Sequence record: DRR723986_12936
Strand: one strand, 5' to 3'
Length of the DNA stretch: 32,396 nucleotides
Position numbers and translations under genes: made by a program
Shown: positions 19,556-28,928 of the stretch, piece after piece
Position numbering within the stretch: the first letter of the stretch is position 1
Layout: each line of letters opens with the position of its first letter
Notes under the pieces: model-generated
What the model was told of the DNA's origin: nothing
Database searches by the model: none
The model's input: only the letters and a program-made list of their open reading frames with translations

Positions 19556-21607
19556 CTAACGCCGCAGTCGCCAAACATGAACCATGCCAGCGCGATCGCA
19601 AGAGGCTAGCCACTTGCCGTTTGGAGAAAAGGCGACACCCTCGATGCGTTCTTTATGTCCAGCAAGCACTGCCACTTGGCGTCCAATTCGCGGATGCCAC
19701 AGACGGACTGTTCGGTCGTACGAACCAGATGCGACGGTCATACCATCTGCGCTGACGTCGACAGCGCGGACCCAATCCGAATGCCCTCGAAGCACGTGCC
19801 GAGGCGCGCCAGTGGAAAGACTCCAAATCACTACAGAACGATCCGCTGCACCCGACACGGCCGTATTGCCGTCGGGAAAGATTGCCAACGACCAAACTCG
19901 GTCCGTATGACCGGCCAGCTCACGGACTTCCCGCCCCGTCGCAGCATCGACAATATGAATAGTGCCTCCAGCACCCGCGACGACAACCTGTTGGCCGCCC
20001 GGCAGGAACTCCGTTTCAAATAGGAAGGCGCTGGACACGCTCCATTTCTTAATTGGCTGCTGGCGACGCCAATCCCACACCAGCCACTCGCCTGTGTCGC
20101 CGCCCAAAGCCAAGTGTGTCGAATTGGGAGAGAATGAGACTGCCTTGATCCACTCTTTCTCGATCGTCGCCGTGGTTGACTGCCCCGTGCCGCAATCAAA
20201 GACCGTAATGGAGCCTTCCCCGACGACAGCCATTTTTGAACCGTCTTGCGAAAACCGTACCGACGCCAACGTGTCATCTGGACGAGTCCAGTTTTGCAAG
20301 GGGCGTCCAGTTTCGGGATCCCAAACCGTCAGCGTACTTCCACCGACACCGACCAAGTAACTTGAGTCCGGCGAAAAGGCGAGACTGACCATCTTCGTAC
20401 CGTAGCCTTCTCGCAACGATAGCATTAGCTCGCCAGACCTGACCGGCCCAATTTCCGTGGACGGTGTGTTTCGCCCCTTGGGACTGACTAGCGGTTGGAT
20501 CGAATCATTACTGACTGCAGGCACCATGCCTGGCGAACTGTCTGCGGAGGCGATATCGGACGCGGCCTTCGTCGGCTGTACGCCCTTGATCTCGGGAAGT
20601 GGTTGGTTCAGCGTCGCGACCTCGGAAAGTCGCTGGTTAATTTTGACCTTCACCAGCCCCTTTGCAATTCCGGCAGCCTTATACCAAGCCGCCGCACGTA
20701 GTTTGCACGCATCTCGCCCAGTATCTTCAACCGCAGCTTGCTTCCACCACAGATCCCCTAGAGCAATCTTGTGTTCAGGCGAATCGTCAGGGTTGTATTC
20801 CATCTCCGCGATCGTCGTAAACGCTTCGTCTTGACTGGCTTTCAGGTGAGCGAGCCCCGAGAGCCAATCCCCAAGAACGAAACACTCGTAACGCCCACAG
20901 ATAAGATTCGCTCTCGCATCCTCTGGATCCTCAAGCAGCGACTCCAAGGCTGCCTCGTACTTCTTCTGTCCTTCAACAAGCTCGTCCAACGCCTTCATTT
21001 CCGAACCAAGCCGGTTCGCCAGACGGAAATCACGCGATCGCCGAGCTGCTACTTGGGCGATCCTTCCAAATGCTAGCGATTCCACAAATCGCTTCTTCTT
21101 GAAAGCGACCTTCATTTGCGCTTCAGCAACTTCAGCGAGCTCCTCTCGCTGACTCTGATCCAGTGACTCTTCCGAAAGCTGTCGCAGTACCTTTCCGGTA
21201 ACCAGAATCGGGTCCGATTCATATCGATCCGTAAAATAACCAGCGATCTCAACGGCCAGCGTACAGTCGCCTGATCCGACCGCCAGCCGCTGTGCCGCCC
21301 GCAGTAATACGAAATGATCCTTGGGAGCCGACTCACTCTGACGAGCGGCATCGAACAGCCTCTGTGCGAGCTGCCCCTTACTTTCGTCATCCTTGGCCGA
21401 ACTAATACTTTCGCCGAAAAGCTCCTGCATCATCGTCTCGGCAGTTGCGACTTCGTCGTCCGACGGGATGGGACGACGATCGTCAGCGTAGCCGCGCAAA
21501 CTCGGCATGCAAACCACTGTTATAAGCAACAGCCCGTTCGCCGATAGTATACTTCTCGAGCGCAGGCCCGCTGGACGATGCAATTGACTAAGTAAGCTTT
21601 GTCTCAC
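19556..21607 (-). CDS. Secreted helical-domain + WD40-repeat protein
   Basis: About 7 C-terminal WD40 repeats (GHTDRVWSLAIFPDG, GHSDWVRAVDVSADG, GHKERIEGVAFSPNG). The ORF-track start 22063 overlaps the upstream gene; GTG 21607 has a GGAGAGGGGAGA SD and gives a signal-like N-terminus. Confidence 0.85.
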   Translation of the reverse strand: MRQSLLSQLHRPAGLRSRSILSANGLLLITVVCMPSLRGYADDRRPIPSDDEVATAETMMQELFGESISSAKDDESKGQLAQRLFDAARQSESAPKDHFVLLRAAQRLAVGSGDCTLAVEIAGYFTDRYESDPILVTGKVLRQLSEESLDQSQREELAEVAEAQMKVAFKKKRFVESLAFGRIAQVAARRSRDFRLANRLGSEMKALDELVEGQKKYEAALESLLEDPEDARANLICGRYECFVLGDWLSGLAHLKASQDEAFTTIAEMEYNPDDSPEHKIALGDLWWKQAAVEDTGRDACKLRAAAWYKAAGIAKGLVKVKINQRLSEVATLNQPLPEIKGVQPTKAASDIASADSSPGMVPAVSNDSIQPLVSPKGRNTPSTEIGPVRSGELMLSLREGYGTKMVSLAFSPDSSYLVGVGGSTLTVWDPETGRPLQNWTRPDDTLASVRFSQDGSKMAVVGEGSITVFDCGTGQSTTATIEKEWIKAVSFSPNSTHLALGGDTGEWLVWDWRRQQPIKKWSVSSAFLFETEFLPGGQQVVVAGAGGTIHIVDAATGREVRELAGHTDRVWSLAIFPDGNTAVSGAADRSVVIWSLSTGAPRHVLRGHSDWVRAVDVSADGMTVASGSYDRTVRLWHPRIGRQVAVLAGHKERIEGVAFSPNGKWLASCDRAGMVHVWRLRR

Positions 21608-21758
21608 CAGAATTCTCCCCTCTCCGCCTGAGCGTGGCCGAGCTCCAGCTCGAACCAAGCGATTAGTATACACGCTTGTCGTCGAGAAGAGACGGCGCGA
21701 GAATCGTTGAAATTCTTCAATTGGCATTCGTCCTACGAGTAGACTTCCGCCGAGTAGG

Positions 21759-23867
21759 CTATTGCCGTGCCGCCCAGGCGTGGAGGTTGCGGGCGTCGAT
21801 GTAGCGATTGTCAGAGCTTGTACTGCCGAGCGTGACAACGATTCGCCCTGTGCCCTGGATCTCGGACAAGGAGACCAAACAAGCTCCTGCGGCTGAGGTG
21901 GTGCCTGTCTTGATTCCGAAGAACCCTTCCTGTGCCAGGAGCCGATTCGTGTTCCTCCAGATGACGTTTCGGCTGTATCCGTGAACACTTTCAAGGCGAC
22001 ATCCATGCTGGCGTGTGGACACGATTTGCCGGAACAGGGGATTGCGCAGGGCCAGGCGCGCAAGGAGAGCTAGGTCTGCGGGGCTGCTGCGGTGGTCGAC
22101 TGCGGTTAGGCCGTGGGGATTGCGAAATCGAGTCGCCTTCATCCCCAACTCCTCGGCCCTTGCATTCATGCACTGGACGAAGCAATCAAGCGGATCTGTC
22201 TCCTCACGCGGCGCATTGACAGACTCTGCGTCGCTTCCTGCGTCTTTTGCCAACTCGTCAGCAAGTCGCATTCCGAAGTGTTCTGCCAACGCGACGGACG
22301 CATCATTGCCACTTGGTAGCAACAAGCCATACAACGCCTCTCCGACGCTCAATCGCTCTCCAGCGCGGACACCGGATGTGCTGCCCACTGTCTCATCGGC
22401 CCGACGAGAGTACTCAAGAATCTCGGCCAGGGCCTTTGGATGCTGCGAAGTGTAATCGAGAATGAGATGAGCTGTCATGATCTTGGTAGTGCTTGCCATC
22501 GGTAGCGGCTTTTCAGCTCGATGCCCGCCAATACGCTTGCCCGATTTGGCATCAATCACACACCAAGCCTTGCAGCTCACCGCTGGCGGTCCATCTGGAT
22601 CGATCCCGTCCGACTTGGGCAGCGACTCCGAGTTGACGGTTTGCGGGTCAGCGACCGGCTTCTCCTCGACCAACTGCCCCAGCGCTTTCCAAGTCTCAAC
22701 GGTCACCCGACCGCTTGCGTCGATGTTTGCTTGCTGCTGAAACTCACGAACGGCCGCAAGCGTCGCGGGGCCGAAATCTCCATCGACAGCGAGATCACCA
22801 GAGAGCCGCTCGTTCAAAGTTCTTTGCAGCGCTTCGACAAGCGGGCCAGTCGCTCCGACGGACAACGGCCGAGATCGTTCGTCGCGTTCGTTCTTTGTAT
22901 GCGAAGGCTCCGCCAAGCTGCCGACTGCAGCGACAGCGATGCGGCCGCACAAGACCTCTGCGTCGTTGCTACGCCCCCAGGACTGATCGGAGTTGTCGGC
23001 CGTCAGAACGCAAATTGCAATCGTGAACTCGCCGCTGGAAAGGAGCCCTGCGTCCGTGCGAGCTCTGCTGATAGCACCAGACTTGTGAGCGAGTCTAACA
23101 TCCTCAGGCAAGAATCTGGCCAGCATCGAATCGTCGTCACATTGCCGGAGGTGCCCAAGCATTGAACGGCTTGCACTTGGCGAGACGAGCTCCCGTTTGT
23201 GCAGCTTGGCAAGTAGAGCGACCATGTCGCGAGCCGTCGTGCTGCTTAGTCCGAATTGCTTGCTCCGCTCCGGTGCAATCGTCGTCGATCCGCGGTAGAC
23301 CTTTGAGTGAAGCTGCGTTTCGGGCATTTCAAGGCCCGCCATCATCGCGCTGGTGCTCTTCAGGCCGACTGCATCGATGACTAGATTGGTGGCCGTGTTA
23401 TCGGAGTATCGAATCATCAACCGAACTGCATCGTCAAGTCGCAGTTTCGTTCCGGCTGTGAAGTGCTCGGTCAGGATGCCAGATCCCGGCACCTTATCAT
23501 CCTCTTTGAGCTCCAAGAGAACATCACGCTCCAGTTCGCCAGCCTCGATCTGCCGGTATACCTCCGCCATGATCGGCAACTTAATCAAGCTCGCGGCCGG
23601 CATCGTTCGGTCGGCTTGGTGGAAGTAGCCGCCCAAGACCTTGTGACCATGGAAGGCTGTTACACCCACGGCCACAACTCCATCGTGTCGTTTGACTAGG
23701 GGCTCGATCTGTTCTTCTAATGCGACGCTTACGTTGGATCGCGGTGTTGCGTCCTTACCATCCAGTGGACCAGGGGCCTCTGCCGCGTTGGACCAGTGCG
23801 GCAAGCAGAGGGCCATCAAGTAAGCCGCAAGCAAGGTGCAGTTTCGAGTCTTGGGGCTGTCGTACAC
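21759..23867 (-). CDS. Fusion: class A beta-lactamase-like domain + peptidoglycan-binding domain + D-Ala-D-Ala carboxypeptidase (S11)
   Basis: Signal peptide; domain 1 SLIK/SDN/KSG; PG_binding_1 LSVGATG..VEALQ..L..VDGDFGPAT..AV..FQ; domain 3 STTK/SGN/NPHGL/KTG. Confidence 0.9.
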   Translation of the reverse strand: MYDSPKTRNCTLLAAYLMALCLPHWSNAAEAPGPLDGKDATPRSNVSVALEEQIEPLVKRHDGVVAVGVTAFHGHKVLGGYFHQADRTMPAASLIKLPIMAEVYRQIEAGELERDVLLELKEDDKVPGSGILTEHFTAGTKLRLDDAVRLMIRYSDNTATNLVIDAVGLKSTSAMMAGLEMPETQLHSKVYRGSTTIAPERSKQFGLSSTTARDMVALLAKLHKRELVSPSASRSMLGHLRQCDDDSMLARFLPEDVRLAHKSGAISRARTDAGLLSSGEFTIAICVLTADNSDQSWGRSNDAEVLCGRIAVAAVGSLAEPSHTKNERDERSRPLSVGATGPLVEALQRTLNERLSGDLAVDGDFGPATLAAVREFQQQANIDASGRVTVETWKALGQLVEEKPVADPQTVNSESLPKSDGIDPDGPPAVSCKAWCVIDAKSGKRIGGHRAEKPLPMASTTKIMTAHLILDYTSQHPKALAEILEYSRRADETVGSTSGVRAGERLSVGEALYGLLLPSGNDASVALAEHFGMRLADELAKDAGSDAESVNAPREETDPLDCFVQCMNARAEELGMKATRFRNPHGLTAVDHRSSPADLALLARLALRNPLFRQIVSTRQHGCRLESVHGYSRNVIWRNTNRLLAQEGFFGIKTGTTSAAGACLVSLSEIQGTGRIVVTLGSTSSDNRYIDARNLHAWAARQ

Positions 23868-23971
23868 ATTGGGCTCCGAATAGCAAAGGAAGCGGCCCGA
23901 CGAGGCGTCGGAACCAGCAGGAGCAGATTGTAGAGGATTCGCGCTAGGCGTTCATTCCGCTCGAGAGAAGA

Positions 23972-23987
23972 TGTTTCATGTGAAACA
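23972..23987. promoter_or_regulatory. parS site (ParB/Spo0J binding)
   Basis: TGTTTCATGTGAAACA, 15/16 match to consensus TGTTTCACGTGAAACA. Confidence 0.85.
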
Positions 23988-24013
23988 TTGCAGGTCGCGG
24001 GTTGTTTGAGCAT

Positions 24014-24029
24014 TGTTTCATGTGAAACA
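24014..24029. promoter_or_regulatory. parS site, second copy
   Basis: Identical TGTTTCATGTGAAACA, 42 bp start-to-start from the first. Confidence 0.85.
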
Positions 24030-24039
24030 ATCGCGGCGA

Positions 24040-24431
24040 GTAGGTTTGCCCCCACGGGGCACCAACCACAAATGTAAGGCGGCGAAGACCACCAGGTAGC
24101 AACCGAGTTCGATGGGCAGCCCATTGGGCCATTGCGAATGTAGGGTGGGTGCAACCCACCGAAACAAGTGTTGTTCGATGCGTTGCAACCATGGGGTGCA
24201 CCAAGCAACGAAGTTGGGTGGGGGCAGCCCACCAAAACAAGCGTCCTTCGATGCGTTGCAACCATGAGTGCACCGAGCAACGAAGTAGGGTGGGCGAAGC
24301 CCACCATCCGAACGCGGCACCAGCCAATCATCTCAGTGCCGATTCGAATATGAATTATGGGCGGACGATTGGACCGGGTTCTTGGTGGGTTGCAACCACA
24401 TTACGTTCCCGGTGGGTTGCACCCACCCTAC
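24040..24431. repeat. GTAG-family REP cluster (REPIN/BIME-like)
   Basis: Direct copies of GTAGGGTGGG.....CCCACC at 24140, 24213 and 24285 (73/72-bp period, near-identical spacers); inverted copies at 24384-24404 and 24411-24431, the latter an exact reverse complement of 24140-24160; degenerate GTAG/GTAA elements at 24040 and 24074. Confidence 0.85.
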
Positions 24432-24449
24432 AAGAAAGACCGACGCTCT

Positions 24450-25778
24450 CTACTTATGGTCGAGGGAATTCACTACCAGACCACTCAGGAGCTTTGGGTA
24501 GAAGTAGGTGCTCTTGGCGGGCATCCTCTCGCTATGCAAACTCACTCGACGAATGTCGTCAACGGTCGCTGGCATCACTAATGCCGCCAAGGGGTAATGC
24601 TGATCGCCCTCAAGCTTGCCCTGCAGACCATCGACAACTTCCTGTACCAGATGCACGTACTTCGGTTTAGGGTGCCCCTTGAAACCGAGCAGTGAATCGA
24701 CGATCAAGCCGTGAAGCATGGCGACGCCCAGTGAACGCCAATCGTCACTCTGGCCTCCAGCCACTTCTTCCATCTTTGCGGACGTCGCAGAGTTGGCCGA
24801 AACGAGCGTCCACTTCGAATCCTTGGCTGTGTACAAGCCGAAGACGCCTTGGTCATCCAAAGTCTCAATCTGCTGCCAAACTTCGTCGGCAGCCTCAGGC
24901 CCCTCAGCAACGACCTCGCAGTCAAACGCTCCGCTCAACTTGCTCTTCAGCTCAGCAGCGTCAAGCGCTTCGATTCCATGGAAGAGCCGGTGAGTTGGCA
25001 GCACGATCAATCCGGGATCATCCATGCTCATGACCATTGTGAGCACGCTTTGCGCTGGATGATCTGCGGGTAGTTCACCGCCGGCAGCTTCGGCCAGTTC
25101 GTCGCGATAGTTGCAAGCCGTTTCGTATCGGTGGTGTCCATCGGCTACGAACATCGGTTTGTCTTCAACCAGAGCAGCAACTTTGGCAATCAGGCTTTGG
25201 TCAGTGACCGGCCAAAGGCGATGGCGAACGCCTAAATGGTCCTCTGCCTCCAAAGCGGCTTTGTCGGCAATGTAAGCTTCCAACAGATTCTGGGCGGCGT
25301 TTTCTGCGTCAGGATACAAGCCATAAATCTGACTCATGTTCGCGTTGCAAGCTCGCGTCAGCCGCAAGCGATCGTCTTTCGCTTTGGCGTGAGTCTCTTC
25401 GTGCGGGTAGATATTGCCTTCGCCAAAGCGAACCAATTCAACGCGCGTCATGAATCCGCGGCGCGTATAAGTTCTGCCGTCGTAGTCGAAAACTTGGTGG
25501 TAGACATACAGTGCCGGGTCGGGTTCATACTGCAGCACACCGTCACGCATCCACTGCCGGAACAGTTTCGCCGCTCGTTCGTAGACCTCCGTCGGGTCGT
25601 CGTCCGAGTCCTCGTGCTTGGTCAATTCAAGGCGAATGAAGTTGTACGGACTATTGTCGTAGAGCGTCTGTTGAAGCGCACCATCCACCACGTCGTACGG
25701 CGGCGCAACCACTTTGCTCAGCGAACCAACTTGGGCAAGGTTGTAACGCAGACCGCGGAAGGCTTGGATCTTGGGCAT
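24450..25778 (-). CDS. DUF1015 family protein
   Basis: I.AFRGLRYN, VVAPPYDVV, PHEET, IYGLY, ADGHHRYE, LPTHR, RMPAKSTYFYPKLLSGL. Confidence 0.92.
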   Translation of the reverse strand: MPKIQAFRGLRYNLAQVGSLSKVVAPPYDVVDGALQQTLYDNSPYNFIRLELTKHEDSDDDPTEVYERAAKLFRQWMRDGVLQYEPDPALYVYHQVFDYDGRTYTRRGFMTRVELVRFGEGNIYPHEETHAKAKDDRLRLTRACNANMSQIYGLYPDAENAAQNLLEAYIADKAALEAEDHLGVRHRLWPVTDQSLIAKVAALVEDKPMFVADGHHRYETACNYRDELAEAAGGELPADHPAQSVLTMVMSMDDPGLIVLPTHRLFHGIEALDAAELKSKLSGAFDCEVVAEGPEAADEVWQQIETLDDQGVFGLYTAKDSKWTLVSANSATSAKMEEVAGGQSDDWRSLGVAMLHGLIVDSLLGFKGHPKPKYVHLVQEVVDGLQGKLEGDQHYPLAALVMPATVDDIRRVSLHSERMPAKSTYFYPKLLSGLVVNSLDHK

Positions 25779-25963
25779 GATGACTTTTCATTTCATTAGC
25801 AGTGGCAGAGAACCTCTGGCGTAGTTTTAAACACCCAGCGTCACTTCGCAACCACTGCCACAGAACTCACGGCTGAACTCACGTCTGAATTAACCGCACA
25901 ATTCAACAACCGCGCTCGTCAACGGAATCTCTACAGGAGCTCGCTGGCGGGCATTCGCAGATC

Positions 25964-26635
25964 CTAGTCGTCGAATGCGCGTTGAGCGGCGGCGACGAAA
26001 GCAGACATTTGCTCTGCGTCCTTAACGCCAGGGCTCGTTTCAACTCCGCTGGCCGTGTCGACAGCGGTCGCGCATGTAGCTCTGATACCGTCGCCAACTG
26101 AGATCGGATTCAGGCCACCGGCCAAGACAACGGGGCGGCTGGCGAGCTCCTTAGGGACAACTTGCAGCAATTCCCAAGCCGCGCGTTTGCCCGTTCCGCC
26201 ACCTTCAACCGGGGCGTACGCGTCAACCAAAAAAGCGGCAAGTCGGTTGTCGTCCGCCCAAGCCAGCGCGAGCTGGCGTTCTTCCTCACGGCCACTCCAA
26301 GAAACCGCCTTGATCAAACGAGTGCCACTTGGGACTTCGGAACCGACCGATTCCGGCCGCTCTCGACCGTGCAGTTGAATGAAGTCCGGCGCGACGCCAG
26401 CGACGATCTCGGCCAACGCATCAGCGCTGGCATCCATGACGACGGCAACCACCTGCATCGAATGCTGGCGACAAAGTTCAGCGAGCTTCCGCGCGTCGGC
26501 CATCGAAATGCAGCGTGGACTGCGCTCCACGAAATTCAAACCGATGGCGTCAACGCCACTCCGCGCCGCAGCGACAATGTCTTCTGCTCGTGTGAGCCCG
26601 CAGACTTTGAATCGAAACGGTAGCTGACTATTCAA
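25964..26635 (-). CDS. trpF: Phosphoribosylanthranilate isomerase
   Basis: KVCGLT, GLNF...SPR, QLHG.E, LVDA...GGGTG, LAGGL, VDTASGVE..PGVKD; likely TTG start near 26635 (ORF track starts at 26716). Confidence 0.93.
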   Translation of the reverse strand: MNSQLPFRFKVCGLTRAEDIVAAARSGVDAIGLNFVERSPRCISMADARKLAELCRQHSMQVVAVVMDASADALAEIVAGVAPDFIQLHGRERPESVGSEVPSGTRLIKAVSWSGREEERQLALAWADDNRLAAFLVDAYAPVEGGGTGKRAAWELLQVVPKELASRPVVLAGGLNPISVGDGIRATCATAVDTASGVETSPGVKDAEQMSAFVAAAQRAFDD

Positions 26636-27207
26636 TGCTCGTGCCGACAGTTGACGTGGAAGAATGTATGAGAATCTCGTCGGTAGGAGTGTCTCACAGC
26701 GCAGTGGTTTTCGCAACCATCTGCTTGGCGTGCAGTGCGCAGCAACCTCCTTCCCAACATCGTATTCTCCCGGCGCGCTCTACGCTGCTCAGCAGGTTCT
26801 CGCTCTGTCTCTCCGTCAATTTGGATCGGTGCCAAACAGCGAGCGTGAGTTCAATTTGTGTTCAACACTTCGGCGCTAAACTCCTACCCGTTCCAACAGC
26901 GCCCAAAGTCGGCAACTTTGCGGGACAGAAAACTATTCACACGTGAACAAACCACTGAACTCGGGTTTGCTAGCATCGGGTCGATCCGGCTCCCTCGACT
27001 TTTCTGTCAACCTTTTCGGGTCGTAACGACGATAACGAATTTGAACGTGGCATGTGCAACGTCACAGGGGAACAGGGCGCGTCTCGGCAGTACGCGGCTT
27101 GGATTGTGCGCGAGCGAAGTAGGTCTCGTGCTCCAACTGTTTCACAGGTGGTGCTGCGCGGGCTGCAGTGCGAATGAGTCTCGCAATTTTGGTTCAGGGA
27201 GGGGTGC

Positions 27208-28752
27208 GTGGGCCAATCAAAGTGGATTGATAACGCGATCAGCGTCAGTAGACTGTTCCGGCAGTCGCTGTGGTGTGGCATAGTGCTAGCTTTGGCGGTA
27301 GTCATCTGCGCACTCAATGCTCTACCACCGGTAACGATCGACTACGAAGTTTCGTCGCAGATCTTTGTATCCCAACCGCGACTCGCCGAACTTGACAAAC
27401 GGGCGAGTAACGACGCCCGCGATTGGTTCGAGTCAGACGAGTCGATACGGATCCGCGAAGTCAAAGTACTCGATTCGTCCAACGACCTGGACGCTACGGC
27501 CGATGAAGTCCTGACGCTGGTCGAAGTGGATACGATTTGGACGCGCCCCTACGACGAACATTTGCTCGAGTCCTGGTTTAAGGCAAATAGCCAACCTCGG
27601 GCTGTGCCAGATCCGCAGAGCGAATTGACCAGGCAATCTGATTTCGCACGTTGGCGTCTGAGAGCTGCCAAGCATTACCGCGACCAACACGACTACCTGG
27701 GCAGTCGTGATTCGGCGATGGTTACGCCCGAGTCCGTTCAGAACACTGCATCTTCCAACGCGACAGATGACCGTGAAACGGCTGCAGATAGCTCGGTGGC
27801 CGCGGGCGCTGTCGGCGAAGACGCAAACAGCGGTGACAGTATTAATAGGCACTCTCCTGAATTGCTTCGCGTGGCAGGCGTCAAGCAGCCGCGGAAAACG
27901 TTCTCACTCGCGTCTAACAAAAGCGCTCCGACGATACGCAATGCTAGCTATCGCACCGAGGTGACCGACGGCATTTCGGCAAATGAAGATGCAGGCAGCT
28001 CGCCGGTTCAGAACTTCACTGACGAACCGAACCTATCTAATTCCTCGAGTGCATCCTCTCCAGCCGGAGACTCGGATAGTTCGTGGAGTGAATCGTCTCT
28101 GCAAGCAATGTTGGCATCGACCAGCCTTCCCAGCGACGACGGCGCTACTTCGCTTGCCCCAGTTCAGAAGACTGTAGTTCACAGTAGTGATCTGGTGTCA
28201 GCCGCCAGCGGAAGTGATGAGGTGATCGCTCGCCTTGATCGCGAAGTACTTGCCAGCCAAGAAGTCGTGCAGTCGTTGACCGATGAGATGGGACGCAAAT
28301 TTGACGAAGCCGCCGGTGTCATTGAGTTCGCGACCGTCAATCGCGTTCGTCCACTTAGTCACCCGATTCCGTTGTGGATGGCCGCCAGCGTGATCGCTCT
28401 CGGGTTTTGTGTGGCCGCATCGGCAAGCTGGATACAGCAACGACTTCATGCCGGAAGTGTCTATTCTCCACAGACACTTACCAGAATATTGAGCAACACC
28501 CTCCCGGTCGCGGGCAACACAAAACTCTCTGGCGACTGGGTAGCTCCGACCGGCATGTTCAGCCGTATGCGGTTGCGAGCGAGCCAATCCGCTCGAAGAA
28601 TCGCTAGCAATATGACGCTTGCATGCGAGTGGACGTTGTGGTTCTGGGTTTACATGATCGCCATCCGCTTTGTACTAGATTCTATGTGGAGACAAGTTTT
28701 ATGGGAAAACCCATTGGCCGCCTTCGGGCGAATCCTCTGGGGACTTCCGTAG
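27208..28752 (+). CDS. Divergent Wzz/Wzc-like membrane protein with Ser-rich periplasmic insert
   Basis: TM1 followed by PP...YEVSSQIFV; coiled coil; VIEFA....P..PIP then TM2; VYSPQTL..IL..LPVAG echoes the Wzc post-TM I.S..dL...L.lPVLG motif; extra C-terminal hydrophobic helix. Confidence 0.55.
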   Translation: MGQSKWIDNAISVSRLFRQSLWCGIVLALAVVICALNALPPVTIDYEVSSQIFVSQPRLAELDKRASNDARDWFESDESIRIREVKVLDSSNDLDATADEVLTLVEVDTIWTRPYDEHLLESWFKANSQPRAVPDPQSELTRQSDFARWRLRAAKHYRDQHDYLGSRDSAMVTPESVQNTASSNATDDRETAADSSVAAGAVGEDANSGDSINRHSPELLRVAGVKQPRKTFSLASNKSAPTIRNASYRTEVTDGISANEDAGSSPVQNFTDEPNLSNSSSASSPAGDSDSSWSESSLQAMLASTSLPSDDGATSLAPVQKTVVHSSDLVSAASGSDEVIARLDREVLASQEVVQSLTDEMGRKFDEAAGVIEFATVNRVRPLSHPIPLWMAASVIALGFCVAASASWIQQRLHAGSVYSPQTLTRILSNTLPVAGNTKLSGDWVAPTGMFSRMRLRASQSARRIASNMTLACEWTLWFWVYMIAIRFVLDSMWRQVLWENPLAAFGRILWGLP

Positions 28753-28928
28753 CGGAATCCTCACAGGCGCTGAACAGCAAACTGCACCGCACTTGATATC
28801 ACGATTCGGGCCGATCGACGGACCAAAAGCAACACCGACCTGCAGCTTCGCCGCCTACAACCAAGATGAAGCCTGGTAGTTTAACTATTCGCTAAATTCC
28901 AATTGCAGACCGATAGATAGAAATAGCC

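Noticed and set aside
21608-22063. N-terminal extension of the WD40 ORF overlapping the PBP fusion by about 300 bp
   Set aside because: Off-frame read-through of the upstream gene; a better start with SD and signal-like peptide exists at 21607
22920-23720. Bona fide class A beta-lactamase resistance gene
   Set aside because: Glu166 equivalent appears absent and the domain is fused to peptidoglycan-processing domains
24140-24305. CRISPR array (21-bp repeats at regular spacing)
   Set aside because: Spacers are near-identical to each other, repeats also occur inverted, they carry the GTAG REP signature, and no cas genes are present
23816-24670. ORFs 23816..24331, 23944..24327, 24018..24320 and 24149..24670
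   Set aside because: Translations of REP/parS DNA; repeat-derived peptides with no protein-like features
25863-25891. 12-bp tandem repeat gaactcacg(g/t)ct upstream of DUF1015
   Set aside because: Only about 2 copies; too short to support a function
26934-26950. Third parS-like site (attcacacgtgaacaa), plus a half-site tgtttcac near 27138
   Set aside because: Too many mismatches to the 16-bp palindrome
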